Assembly: GCF_001194135.2 (NCBI RefSeq)
Contig: NC_068981.1
Location: 143,089,116-143,153,115 of the forward strand
DNA length: 64,000 bases
DNA from: Octopus bimaculoides
Taxonomy: Eukaryota
Direction: 5' to 3'
The translations under genes and the position numbers were made by a program. Below the pieces are notes generated by a model. The model was not told the origin of the DNA. It ran no database searches and saw only the letters and a list, made by a program, of their open reading frames with translations. This document shows positions 1-12,323 of the stretch, piece by piece. Each line of letters begins with the position of its first letter. The first letter of the stretch is position 1.

Positions 1-134
1 CTACAACCAAAATATCATAACCATTTTCATAAGTTATAATTGACTATAGAAAATTTTGATTTGGGGGACAAACTAAAATTAATAAATTTAAGTTGCGACA
101 GATAATTTAGCAATTTTCTATTGCGTGCTTAACC

Positions 135-734
135 GTGAGCAGGTGTGGTCGCCGTTTGTTGAGCGCTCTTTTCCGCAGTTCGTCTCCTTTACGGAGCTAC
201 AGTCCTGGATCACGCCTAGACCGAGGCAGAGCGCTTACCACCTAGAGTGTCTCTAACCAGACACAGCGCATTGCTTACTTGTGGGGCTTTGTCGAAGAGT
301 TATTGTCAGATGTAGGACAGATCTGGTTATCGTCCGAGTCCATTGTGAAGATCAATCCGCCTCCTTCCTTTGGCAGGAAAGGGGGGGGGGGGTATTTTTT
401 TCTCTGTCTGGTGGCTATCGCAACATTGATTGTGTAGTGGACGTGATTGAAAGGTTTGAAGACGAGTACCTTCCTCTTTTGCCGAGGCCTCATTGACTTT
501 TTCAGGCTCTACTTAAAAGGAAAATGAAGCTGGAGAGGGAGGTACTCTCACCAACTAAGTTCGGTGGAAGGTGCGTGAGTTTACTTTGGTCACATCACAG
601 TGGAACTCCTTCCTGTTAGGAAAGCATATTGTTGATTTATGCTATGTTAATCAGTGTTTGCTGTTTACACGTTCAACCTCATTGTGTATCGTCCTCTATG
701 GCTTGTGTTTGGCCCTGTTGGTCAATAGAGAAAG

Positions 735-736
<2 letters not shown>
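135..736 (+). mobile_element. 3' fragment of a Tx1/L1-clade non-LTR retrotransposon (decayed ORF2 C-terminus plus short 3' UTR)
   Basis: Broken frames read LWGFVEELLSDVGQIWLSSESIVKINPP and LLKRKMKLEREVLSPTKFGGR, which resemble Tx1-type ORF2 C-termini as I recall them. GC-richer than the flanks; stops and frameshifts present. Confidence 0.55.
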
Positions 737-804
<68 letters not shown>

Positions 805-1289
805 GAGTGAGAGAGCAGTCCTTGCCATCAAAGTGACACTGGAATAAAATATATGAAGCCCATTATACCCATCATGACTACCCGTTTGATAAGGGTACAC
901 CAGGCACATGCATCACAGTTAGAATTTCTTCAGGTCGAGTAGCCCATCCTGCTCAAAAGGTCCCGGAATAAGGTTTGTTTAAGGATGTTGAGCAAAATAC
1001 CAATGTTTCCAAAGGTGAATTATTCAAACCCCCAAAAATTCCTCTCAACGCATGGCTATGATGCTCCCCCACTACTTCTGCTCATGATCAGAGATGCACA
1101 TATCATCAGCCACCAACGGTCATGCTCAACTGGTTACGGTCAAGCAACTGACAGGCAAATCTGTGGTATTAAGCAGAATATTTGTTGTAGCCCATCTTTT
1201 ATGCCAAGATAAAACAATGTACATGATAACACTTCCAATCAATTAAGATCAGAAGCCATGAGAGCCACTGCCTGGTACTGCATCCGGGC
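737..1289 (-). mobile_element. About 0.5-kb (AAT)n-tailed interspersed retroelement, copy 1 (internal deletion)
   Basis: Colinear with 1722-2017 and 38072-38622 (shared ATGATGCT-C-CC(C)A-TACTTCTG, GAGCAGAATATTTG, CCATGAGAGCCA). The (TAT)n at 737-803 reads as an (AAT)n 3' tail on the minus strand. Confidence 0.8.
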
Positions 1290-1290
1290 A

Positions 1291-1412
1291 TAACGTAAAG
1301 AAAGACGAAACACCGTTAAGCAATTGGCCCGGCGCGCTAGCGTTTCTGCAAGCTCGGCGCATTTGCCAGCTCGCCGCCTTTGCCACATCGCCGCCTTTGC
1401 CAGCTCGCCGCC
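1291..1412 (-). mobile_element. SINE family A, 5' head only, with tandemly repeated leader
   Basis: Minus strand reads GGCGGCGAGCTGGCAAA about three times, then GAAACGCTAGCGCGCCGGGC...TTACGTT, matching the head of the copies at 8588 and 39711. Confidence 0.75.
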
Positions 1413-1526
1413 TTAGATCGTGTTTTTCGGGAGAAGAGACNNNNNNNNNNNNNNNNNNNNNNNNNNNNNNNACTCAATAGACCGCAGTGTGGTACCTGCT
1501 CTACTAAGCACGTCACTCCGGGCGGC

Positions 1527-1612
<86 letters not shown>

Positions 1613-1721
1613 CTTATTATCTTTCCACAGCTTCTAATGCTGGAGATATACTACGGTGTCATCTGTTCACTACCAATGAACTAAGGTAACATCTCTTATT
1701 TTTCGACCACCTTCCGGAGTA

Positions 1722-2017
1722 TTCGATGTTGAACGAAACACCCATGTTTCCAGAGTGGGATTATTTAAACCTCAGAGAATTCCTTTCAATACATGGCCAT
1801 GATGCTCCCCCACTAGTTCTGCTCAGAGTTGCACGATCGTCAGCCATTAAGGAACATGCTCAACTGGTTAAACTCAGACAACTGACCAGTAAATCTGTGG
1901 TATTGAGCAGAATATTTGCTGCAGCCCAGCTTGTAGACGAAAATATAACATGTGCATAATAAAACTTTCAATCAGTTAATATCAGAAACCATGAGAGCCA
2001 GTGTCTGGTGTTGCTTC
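1722..2017 (-). mobile_element. About 0.5-kb (AAT)n-tailed element, copy 2 (partial)
   Basis: Aligns by eye with 985-1285 (GATGTTGAACGAAACACCCATGTTTCCAGA ... CCATGAGAGCCAGTGTCTGGTG). Confidence 0.75.
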
Positions 2018-2063
2018 CATTTTATAAATAATTTTGTTCGTTCGGGCGTTATTTAGATCGCCC

Positions 2064-2390
2064 GTAACGCTCTCACGTGATTAGTTGAAGGGAAGGCGAA
2101 TAGCGAGAGTAAAAGACGGATAAAGAAAAGAGGGAAAGAGAGAGAAATAGAGAGAGAAAAAGAAGGAGAGAGTAGCATCCTTGACGTGGGGTAGAGGGAA
2201 CGTATTTGTAACGCCTTCACGTGATTCGATGAAGGGAAAGAGAGAACAAGAGGGAGAAAGAAAACAGTGAGTGGAAAAGAGGATAAAGAGATATAGAAAG
2301 AGAGAGAAAGAAAGAAGGAGAGAACAGGAGGGAGTGAGAAGCGTCCATAACGTGAGATAGAGAGAATGTAATATTTATTACGTGGTTTAA
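2064..2390. repeat. Diverged purine-rich tandem units of about 145-160 bp
   Basis: GTAACGCyyTCACGTGATT..TGAAGGGAA starts at 2064 and 2208, with a degenerate third start at 2368. The units share GAAGGAGAGA and C-TCC-T-ACGTG-G-TAGAG-GAA. Confidence 0.5.
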
Positions 2391-2718
2391 AAAGTTAGTT
2401 GACGGTTGTGATATACAGGTGAGTTAGAAATATAATTTTAGCAGAGGGCTGATGTCCTGATTGTGAGGTTAAAGACAGGCAGAGAGAAGGGGAGACAGAG
2501 AAAAGGAGAGAGTCTATGGAAGGAGAGAGAGGGAGAGTGAGAGTTGTTGTTGTCGGTAGTGGTGGTGGGGGGACGACGGTCGTGGTTGACACGGTGGTAG
2601 TGGTTGTGGTGGCGGTGGTGGTGATTGAGACGGTGGTGGTTGAGATGGTGATAGTGGAGGTGGTGGTGATGGAGTTGGTGGTGGTGAGTGGTTAGTGAAA
2701 AAATGTGGTAAGTAGCTA

Positions 2719-3141
2719 GGCGTAGGAGTGGTTGTGTGGTAAGTAGCTTGCTTACCAACCACATGGCCCACGGGTTCAGTCCCACTCCGTGGCACCTTGG
2801 GCAAGTATCTTCTACTATAGCCTCGGGCCGACCAAAGCCTTGTGAGTGTATTTGGTAGACGTAAACTGAAAGAAGCCCGTCGTGTATATGTATATATATG
2901 TATGTGTGTGTATGTGCGTGTATATTTGTGTGTCTGTGTTTGTCCCACCAACACCGCTTGACAACCAATGCTGGTGTGTTAACCTCCCCGTAACTTACCG
3001 GTTCCGCAAAAGAGACCGATAGAATAATTAGTAGGCTTACAAAGAATAAGTCCTTGGGTCGATTTGCTCGACTAAAGGCGGTGCTCCAGCATGGCCACGG
3101 TCAAATTACAAACAAATAAAAGAGTAAAAGAAAGAGTTAAA
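2719..3141 (+). mobile_element. tRNA-derived SINE family B, near full length
   Basis: A-box-like GTGTGGTAAG and B-box GGGTTCAGTCCC, then CCTTGGGCAAGT, an internal (GT/AT) tract and the tail GGCGGTGCTCCAGCATGGCC...(AAAGAGT)n. Homologous to 28502-28958 and 10912-11185. Confidence 0.85.
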
Positions 3142-3497
3142 AGAGTATCATTTAACGCATGTGAATCAGTGCAATTCCTTGAAATATTCACACTTATTTG
3201 CGTGGTAGATATATGCAATTTAACTAAAGGTTGTATTATATGAACGGTTGTATTTCTATCGTTTCTGTGTATTAACTTTACAAAATTGTGTATATATAAA
3301 GTGCATTCAGTAATCATCGTATTCCAATTTCTTTCTCTTTTCGATGAGTAGCAGGTGAACGACTATCTTTCCATACAAACACAGCACAAGCTACGCTTTC
3401 AGGTTTTTCGATGAAGTTTTCAGAAATGATCCAATAGGTTTACTATTAATTCTGTGAAACATTCATGGGTCCCGCTGGTCATTATTGTTATTATTAA

Positions 3498-3660
3498 GGC
3501 GGCGAGCTGGCAGGATCGTTAGCACATCGGGCGGAATAGTTTGTGGCATTTCGCGTGTCTTCATGTTTTGTGTTCAAATTCCACCGAGGTCGACTTTTCC
3601 TTTCAGGGTTGATAAAATAAGTGTCGGGGAATTACCGGCGTCGATGTTGTCGACTAATCG
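3498..3660 (+). mobile_element. tRNA-derived SINE family A
   Basis: Head GGCGGCGAGCTGGCAG, B-box-like GTTCAAATTCC and core GAGGTCGACTTT...GATAAAATAAGT shared with more than 10 copies in the window. Confidence 0.8.
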
Positions 3661-3979
3661 TCTCCTCTCAAATTTTACGACTTGTGACTACAATAGAAAT
3701 TATTATTATTATGTTGTTTTTTTTTTTCTTCTTTCTTCAAATTTTCTTCCATTTCTCGCCGAATATTTTCCGTACACCTAGGGCAGAGAAACTCATTGTA
3801 TGCATTCCCAGTTTACACACGCAAATTCACAGGCAAAATATGTATTTTAAAAAAAAATAATAATAAATTCATGAATGAATGTTGTTTACACAGCGATAAT
3901 ATTATTATTATTATTATTATTATTGTTGTTGTTGTTGTTGTTGTTGTCGTTAGTATCATTACTGCTAAGACGACGAATA

Positions 3980-4110
3980 CTGGCGAGGGCAACTTTGACT
4001 TTCGTCTTCTCGGAACCGAAGAAATAAGTACCATTTGAGCACCGGAGACGATGTAATTGGCATTCCCCTCCCCTGAAATTGCTGGCGTTCTCCTACAGTT
4101 TTAAACAACT
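3980..4110 (+). mobile_element. SINE family A, old 3' half
   Basis: Degenerate core (ACTTTGACTTTCGTCTTCTCGG...AAATAAGTACCA) and tail CCCCTCCCCTGAAATTGCTGGC. Confidence 0.5.
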
Positions 4111-4823
4111 AATATTATTATTGCTTTCTAACATTTACTCCAAACTCTAATGTTTACTTAATTGGGCATAATTAGCTATTTTGACCATAGCTTAAATTTC
4201 CTAAAAATTTGCACTCATATTTGTTTGAGCTGGTTTCATCATGGATCAACCAGTCCTCTCTTTTCGTATATGCTTATGATCAAGAAAGACTTAGATCTAT
4301 GATTTAGTACCAATACGCTCCTCAAGGTGAGCCTGTTGCCACTGATCTAGGCAGCTCTAGATGAGTATACATCAAATCACGTGCTGACGTCCCCGGTGGA
4401 TGAACAAGGAGAGGACGTCTTATGATCGTAACGGCTGATGTGAGGAAAGAGGGCAATGCCAGATGGGTCAGCTAAGAAAGCACAGCTGAATTAATAACCT
4501 GGGGTCACGGCAATTTCTTTCAGCTTCGTCGACAAATTCTGCAATTCATATTTCAGATCTACGACTGATGCCTTCCAAACTACAGTGCGTAGGTCATATT
4601 CTGTTAATCTGACAACCACCTAAATCAAAATCACTTCATCAATATTTCTTCACTGTTCTTTTCTATTCGAACTTCAACGAAGAAAAGAATGCTCGGATAC
4701 GAGATGCTGAAGACGATATATGTGTGTGCGCGCGTGTGCGCGTGTTTGTGTATGCGTGTGTGTGTGCGCGCGCGTGATGTGCAAGTATATAGAAGGTTAG
4801 AGAATATGGTAGATAGATAAATC

Positions 4824-4861
<38 letters not shown>

Positions 4862-7542
4862 CAGACTGAGAGACAAAATTGCATATGAATATCATTCTTG
4901 TGTTTGCCCGCAGTTCCGCACTTTGTATCTAATGATAAGTCTCAGTTGACTCACAAATGTCAATTACAGTTTATTTATCTAGATACAGACATAAATGAAT
5001 AGTATTATTTTGCTTTATCAATGGAAGCAATTGTTATTATTCTCTTTAGCATTAGAGTGAGCTTGCATTAAGTATTTTTCAGTTATTATTAGAGAATTTA
5101 TAGTACAAGAATTAAATTAAAAGAAAAGGAAAATATGATTATTGCATTTTTTTTATTTTTGTTTGTTGCATATGTTCGCATCATTTCAGACTCGAATGTG
5201 CACACTTATGATCAAAAATTTTCCTTCTATGGCTACACTGTCTTTTGTAAATATAGTTCTACATTATAAATCTTGTCAAACATTTTCAATGTAGTTATTA
5301 GTAAAGCGTAGTTGTGTTTATCAGATCGAGTTACCATGAAGAGGATCCCACATTTCAATTATCGATCGTTTGTCAGGATCAATAGACCGCCAGACCAAAT
5401 ATTTTTCGGTGTTTTGCTTCGTGCATTCGCGTACTTCGTACCACTCCCTCCAAATTCCATGATAACATTTTTATCTTCTACAAGTCGATAAAATAATCAC
5501 TGATCCGAGTGCATGGTTCGATTGCATGACTTCACTATATATCTACTGATTTCTGTTTATATTAGGAATCCTTAGAGTTTCGAACAGAACCCCCTCGGGT
5601 ATTTACTTAACGCTGAGTTGAAAGCCAGTTATGGCTTGCATTGATTTTCTTTACTCTGTGTTCAATAAAATATATTACTCGTCAAGGATTGGGGTCGATT
5701 TCATTGGCTAACCCCATCCCCTCGAAATTGCTGGACTGAATTTTACATTGGAAACTGTTATCAATAACAATAATGAAGCATGGGAATGTCAGAATCGTCG
5801 GATCGTCGGATAAAATATATTGCTATTTATACTGGTTATTTACCTTCTAAGTTCAAATAGCACAGTTCAACCATGTGGGAAGTCAATAAAGTAAGGCAAC
5901 AATCAAGTATTGGGATCGATATAGGTGGCTTTTGCTATCCCACCATTCATTGCGCGCCCTCCTCCTCGATAGTTCGGTGGCTTATACTACCAGACTGTTG
6001 GCTCTGGCTGTTCGAACTGAAGCTAACGCGACGATGGTGGAACGTAGGTTTAGAGAGGGCGCGAGCCAAAACTACGCGTCCTTCCCCTCCATTGATCAGT
6101 TAAATAGTGTCACGTGAAAGGTACCTAGTGCTGGCTAGCGCCTACTGGCGAATATTTAAAGGTAAATTCGGCAGGATGTCAGTCGCTGACATTCGTTGAC
6201 GCTGCATCAAAGAAACCAAAGAACAAAAGCCGAAAGAAAAAAGGAGAAAGAAAGAACGCAATCAACGTCAGAGCTGAAGACACCTCCAAAAGGAAGGGGC
6301 GCCACATAGAAAATGGTAGACGAATAGGAGCAGAAACCGGACGTGGTTTCTCCTGATGATGTGTTTAGCCACAGGATGCCATAAAGAAGCTGTTGAGGTA
6401 GCGAACCACGAAACCTGGTTGGAATTCCTCCTCCAAAGTTTCGTCTATGTAAGAATTATTATTAATTGTAAGTGTTAGTAGCAACTGTAGTAGTGTTAGC
6501 AATAGCTGTCGTAGCAGGTCACCAATTATTTAAGGTTATTCATGATAATCACCACTTTACAGGCTGAGACTTGCATGCATGTTTTATTGCTCAAGCGAAC
6601 CGATAACTCTTCGTTTGTGTTATCAATATATTAACTCTTAGGGGTACGCAGAATCCCCGTGTGTGCATCTTTGTATGTGTGAGCGAGCTGGGGTGCTAGA
6701 AGGGAAGAGAGAGATGAAATGATAAAATGTTTAGTTGGAGATAAATGAGAAAGAGAAAGATAATGAAAAATAGAAATCGAGCGACAGGATGAGATGGAAA
6801 GGAAAAGTTTGAAGTGAGTATATGTCACGTGGCAGTATTAGCAATTAGTACGAGGGAAAATAAAGATAGATAGTGACAAAAGAAGTGTATGTATGTGTGT
6901 ACGTGAGAGAGAAAGAAATGTGACAAACAGACAGACGAAATGTTGTGAGTGATATAGAAATAAAACGAGTAATACGAGTGAATAACATGCAAGTGATAGA
7001 AAGATATTTAAAGGGTTCAAGAGACAAAGAGGAGAGACAGAAGGAGGCAGAAATTGATAAAATGAAACTTTTAGCATACATCATTTGATATGTGGGTTTA
7101 GTATAGATGTTTGGCTGAAGTATGTGGCAGTGTGCATGTTTTTGTTGTGATGTCGATGAATGCCTGCCGGAGACAGACAACAGTTGATTAAAGGTCATAC
7201 GAATGTCTAGACATGTTGCTGGGCAGGGTAAGATGTAATGAAAATCGTTCTATACGTGACCGCTATGTAGTTTTTAACTTCAGTAGCCACTTGCCCTATT
7301 ACAATATTCCTGTGTTCCAGATGTGGCCCTCTCGTCTCTTAAAACTTATGATTACATTGTTCAATTTTCTTTTTATCGTTGGTAATTAGAATAGAGGCAC
7401 TGGTGAAGCAGGTTCAAGATTGAAGGCTGTCAACCCATGATTTATCAGCCTTTACGTCAGATATACCTTATCGAAGACTATATAAAACTGTAGCCATAAT
7501 ATTTGCTTTTGTAAGATGGCAGGAATTAATATGAGAGAAATG

Positions 7543-7548
<6 letters not shown>

Positions 7549-7634
<86 letters not shown>
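7549..7634. repeat. (TC)n microsatellite
   Basis: Perfect dinucleotide run. Confidence 0.95.
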
Positions 7635-7635
<1 letters not shown>

Positions 7636-7711
7636 AGCTGTTCGTTGTAGTCACCTTGACTGGAGGGTATGATTGGACTGTTATTTCATTGCGAATTCTT
7701 AGAGGTTGTAT

Positions 7712-7773
7712 ATTCTTTTACTCTTTTACTTGCATCAGTCATTTGACTGCGGCCATGCTGGAGCACCGCCTTT
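7712..7773 (-). mobile_element. SINE family B, 3' tail fragment
   Basis: CTTTTACTTGCATCAGTCATTTGACTGCGGCCATGCTGGAGCACCGCCTTT is the reverse complement of the tail at about 3075-3135. Confidence 0.75.
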
Positions 7774-8378
7774 TAATAGACTGCACCTTTCTTAGCTCGT
7801 AAGCAAGACAGTAAAGATAGTAAGGATGAAAAGAGAGGGTGCAAAGTTGTTGGGGATACGGTTACAAGTAAAATTCAAACTTGCAGGTTTAATAAATTTT
7901 ATAAGAATGGATAAAATAATCAAAGTAGAGGGGTGATATGAAGTGGTCGTGTGACAGGGTCACAATCAATGACGAGTAGACTAATAGATATTAGGGTAAA
8001 GAGGAAAAACGAAAAAACATGGAGAAAAGAATCGAGGGTCGCACGTGCATGGTCTGTGTACGTGTGTGAGTGCGTGTGTAGGTGCGTGTGCACACGCATA
8101 GGGAGGTGCTTAGTATGCGTGCTTATGTGTGCGTGTCTACATCCGTTTAGAGAAAGAGAGTTGGAAAAAAGAAATTGAAACAAAAGAGGAGCGAGAGAGA
8201 AAATGAGCGATTAAATATAAGTGAAAATGTGCATGTGTGTGTATGCATGTGCGTGTGCGTGTGCGTCTATGTGTGTGTGTGTGTGCGTATGCGTGAATGT
8301 TATGATGTGGGGAAAGGAAAAAAGGGACAAAGAGAAGGGAGAAAAAGCAAGAGAATAAAGTTAGACAGACTGACAGAC

Positions 8379-8384
<6 letters not shown>

Positions 8385-8440
<56 letters not shown>

Positions 8441-8451
8441 ACAGACAGATC

Positions 8452-8485
<34 letters not shown>

Positions 8486-8502
8486 CTGACAGATAGATAG
8501 GT

Positions 8503-8556
<54 letters not shown>

Positions 8557-8570
8557 GCAGACAGACAGAC
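8385..8570. repeat. Compound (GATA)n/(GA)n/(GACA)n microsatellite
   Basis: Direct reading. Similar (GATA)n tracts lie at 4810-4860, 40600-40635 and 62100-62145. Confidence 0.9.
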
Positions 8571-8587
8571 GGAAATAGTGTGGCAAT

Positions 8588-8820
8588 GCGGCGAGCTGGC
8601 AGAAACGTCAGCACGCCGGGCGAAATGCTTAGCGGTATTTCGTCTGTCGTTACGTTCTGAGTTCAAATTCCGCCGAGGTCGGCTTTGCCGTTCATCCTGT
8701 CGGGGTCGATAAATTAAGTACCAGTTAGCACTGGGGTCGATGTAATCGACTTAATCTCCTTGTCTGTCTTTGTTTGTCCCCTCTATGTTTAGCCCCTGGT
8801 GGGCAATAAAGAAATAAGAA
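8588..8820 (+). mobile_element. SINE family A with 3' extension
   Basis: Well-preserved head, B-box GAGTTCAAATTCC and core CATCCTGTCGGGGTCGATAAATTAAGTACCAG. The extension ends GGGCAATAAAGAAATAAGAA. Confidence 0.9.
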
Positions 8821-10853
8821 ATATTGTGGGATATAACCTATGATAAACAGTTGAGAGTGAAATTTCAATGTATGTGTAAGTGTTGGAGGAACGTATGTGA
8901 TCCCAATAAAAGGGATACAGAAGTTGACAAAGGAAGGTTGAAAAGGGAGTGAATCAGATAGGAGGATCAAATTGAGAGAGGGAGTTGGGGAAGGATAGAT
9001 ATAGCGACAATATAACAATGAAAGAAACGGATGTTTTTAGTTTGACATATGAAATCCATATTTTTTCTGTAATTTTCTACCTACATGTAGTTTCCTTTTG
9101 TGATAGTTACCAAAAGTATTAGCATTTTGTAGGAGAAACTATTAATAAGATATCTACGAAGATTTTAAGATCTTGTTCTCATTCTAAATTCCAGCCAGTG
9201 AGTTACAGCATAGAGTTGCATGCCGAATAATAAAACTACCACAGGTTCCATGTAAGCTAGACCTTTTAGAAATGACTGCGAAACATTCATTAAATCACAG
9301 TGCGCTACCTTAAAAACGAAAATTATTCGATCTATTTGCTACAAGTAGCGGAGAAATACTCTTCAAATCAATGCTGGATAAGAACTAACCTAGAGACAAA
9401 CAACAACAAAAATACTAAAATATCTCTCCTAAAAGGATGATGGATAAGAGAGATGGTACAATTAATATCTGCTTTTGATGGAGTTTTATTGGCAGAGGAT
9501 ATTCATGTGATTAGTCTTATAATTTTTTGGATGTTTCCTGCTACATTCGTGCCTTATTGTCATGTGACAATAGGTTTGGCGTCGTTAATTAAGCTGGCAC
9601 GGTTGAATGAACGTGTATATAGACAAGGCTCTCTAAATTGAATCTGTCAAGTTGTAAAGTGAACAACCATTGTTTGTACGTAGTCACGTGGATGAATGGT
9701 TATGATTTGTAGGTATATACGGTCTCGTTGTCTCGTGACTGGATGTGGCTAGTTCACTCCACTCCTTGGAATATATATATGCAGATTGCATCGAATAACC
9801 AGCTGGGGGATGCGTCCTCCTGGTGTTAAAATAGGAGTAACCTCATTTCCTACAGCATAGACATGATTAAGTGGCAATAAACATTACTTCTAACTATAGT
9901 TACTGCTTTCGTCTTTTATTGAGATTCTAACACTAGCTAATTTGCTTGTTGCAAGATCAGTAACTGTGTGGCACATGATTTCTATATATTGCGACAAGAA
10001 ATGAACCACTGCTATCTCCAGCGTACGAGTATCCACCAGCGAGGGTGACCACAATGAGGGCGAAACCGTATAGCCTGGTGGTCTCGTGGGTGGGAGAGGA
10101 TAAGGGTTAATCCCTGCTTGCAATATATATTTATATATTTGATCCTTTATATTGAACACTCAATATTTCATCTACATTCAATACTTTCTTTCATGGTGCC
10201 ATCCATTTTTATTTTATTTTATTTTATATTGTATATTGTATATTATATATTATATATTGTATATTCCATATTCTATACCCCACATTAGTTCTGCGGGAAT
10301 ATAAATAAAACATAAAAAACAGACAGTGTTGGAACTCTTTTNNNNNNNNNNNNNNNNNNNNNNNNNNNNNNNNNNNNNNNNNNNNNNNNNNNNNNNNNNN
10401 NNNNNNNNNNNNNNNNNNNNNNNNNNNNNNNNNNNNNNNNNNNNNNNNNNNNNNNNNNNNNNNNNNNNNNNNNNNNNNNNNNNNNNNNNNNNNNNNNNNN
10501 NNNNNNNNNNNNNNNNNNNNNNNNNNNNNNNNNNNNNNNNNNNNNNNNNNNNNNNNNNNNNNNNNNNNNNNNNNNNNNNNNNNNNNNNNNNNNNNNNNNN
10601 NNNNNNNNNNNNNNNNNNNNNNNNNNNNNNNNNNNNNNNNNNNNNNNNNNNNNNNNNNNNNNNNNNNNNNNNNNNNNNNNNNNNNNNNNNNNNNNNNNNN
10701 NNNNNNNNNNNNNNNNNNNNNNNNNNNNNNNNNNNNNNNNNNNNNNNNNNNNNNNNNNNNNNNNNNNNNNNNNNNNNNNNNNNNNNNNNNNNNNNNNNNN
10801 NNNNNNNNNNNNNNNNNNNNNNNNNNNNNNNNNNNNNNNNNNNNNNNNNNNNN

Positions 10854-10908
<55 letters not shown>

Positions 10909-10911
10909 TAT

Positions 10912-11185
10912 TCTTTCTTTTATTCTTTTACTTGTTTCAGTCATTTGACTGCAGCGATGCTGGAGCACCGCCTTTAGTCGTACAAATCGACCCTTGGACT
11001 TATTTTTCATTAGCCTAGTACTTATTCTGTCGGGGTTTTTTGCCCAACCACTAGATTACGGGGACATAAACACACCATGCATCAGTTGTCAAATGATGGT
11101 AGAGCGACAAGCACACACATACACAAACACGAGCGCAAACGCACACACGCGAGCGCACACGCACACACACAAATACATCGGGTGT
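10912..11185 (-). mobile_element. SINE family B, 3' two-thirds
   Basis: Reverse complement of about 2900-3135, including GCTGGAGCACCGCCTTTAGTCG. Confidence 0.8.
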
Positions 11186-12247
11186 AGATATCTGATAACC
11201 TGCTGGATGAGGAGTACTCCTGGGGTTAAAAATAGTAACAACCTCTGTTCCTAAAGAACAGCCATGAGTAACTAGAAATAAACGTTACCTCTCAGTATAG
11301 TTACTGCCTACATCATTTATAAAGATTTTCTAAATAGCTTATTTGCTTCTCGTAAAATTTCGTTCTCCAGTAAATTCATGCGTTAGCGTCATACGAGAAC
11401 AGCATGATGTGTTTGTGTGGGAATAATTGTTGCTGAATGTGCTTTGTTAAAGTTTATTTAGTCTTGGTTTATATATTTGTATGAACATATTTTTTTTGAT
11501 TATTCTTGCTTCATCTGTGGTATTGACTCAACAAAGATGAAGTGGGAGGACTTACAATTCAGAGCATTTATTTATTCATTTTTTATTTATTAGACACGTT
11601 CACTCTGCCGTGTTAGCCTTAAGTTACTGCAGTAAATTCATGTTCCCATGACACTAATGTATGGGCGTAACTTTTCTGAGCAAAATCCCGTGATCAACTT
11701 CTTCCAGTCAAATTGTATCCTAAGCATGTACTAATTTGAACCACGTTCTCTCTTTAAAATCAAGAGAAATTTCAAACTTCATTCAGAAGCAAGATGGTGT
11801 TTATATTGGAACTTTTGAAAATCTGAAAAATCTTGGAACCGGTCATGTCTTTAACAATAATAATATTTTTTAAAAATCTTAATAATTGATATTTCTTCTT
11901 TTGATCGATGGTATGAGCTAATGTTCTTGGTCATGGCAGGACCTCTGAGACCACTTAATTCGACCGATTCCGTTAAAGGTCTCTTTAATTGATGCAAGTT
12001 GCCGACAAGGAGGGAAAATGATCGCGAATAAAAGGAGTGAAAGGAAAGGTTGTGGTGAGTAATGTTAATTGCTGTTCTGTGATTCCATACTAGGGTAGAT
12101 CTTATTAAGAAGTCATTATGGTTGAAACTATAGTAATTATTAGCTACGTCTGATTATTACATTTTGCGTACTTTTGTCCAAGGAGATATTGTATAGGTAA
12201 CTATCCCTGTAATTAGATAGTAAAGTGTATGATGCTTAGCGTAAACT

Positions 12248-12323
12248 CAAGTCTCTATGATAACGCCAAGTCTCTATGGTAACGCCAAGTCTCTATGGTA
12301 ACGCCAAGTCTCTATGGTAACGC
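12248..12323. repeat. 19-bp minisatellite, 4 copies (CAAGTCTCTATGGTAACGC)
   Basis: Units start at 12248, 12267, 12286 and 12305; the first unit has one substitution. Confidence 0.9.

Noticed and set aside
1235-1290. Resemblance of the 0.5-kb element end to U2 snRNA words (ATCAGTT-A, CCTGGTA-TGCA)
   Set aside because: Only two short matches with the wrong spacing; likely chance.
4499-4619. Minus-strand candidate exon VVRLTEYDLRTVVWKASVVDLKYELQNLSTKLKEIAVTP
   Set aside because: Weak donor (GTTATT), unrecognised peptide and no neighbouring exons to support it.
5870-6480. GC-richer island, possibly a LINE remnant (RRARNEWWDSK on the minus strand)
   Set aside because: A single short motif and inconsistent frames; the family cannot be assigned.
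12248-12323. CRISPR-like array
   Set aside because: Units are directly adjacent with no spacers, and the context is eukaryotic.
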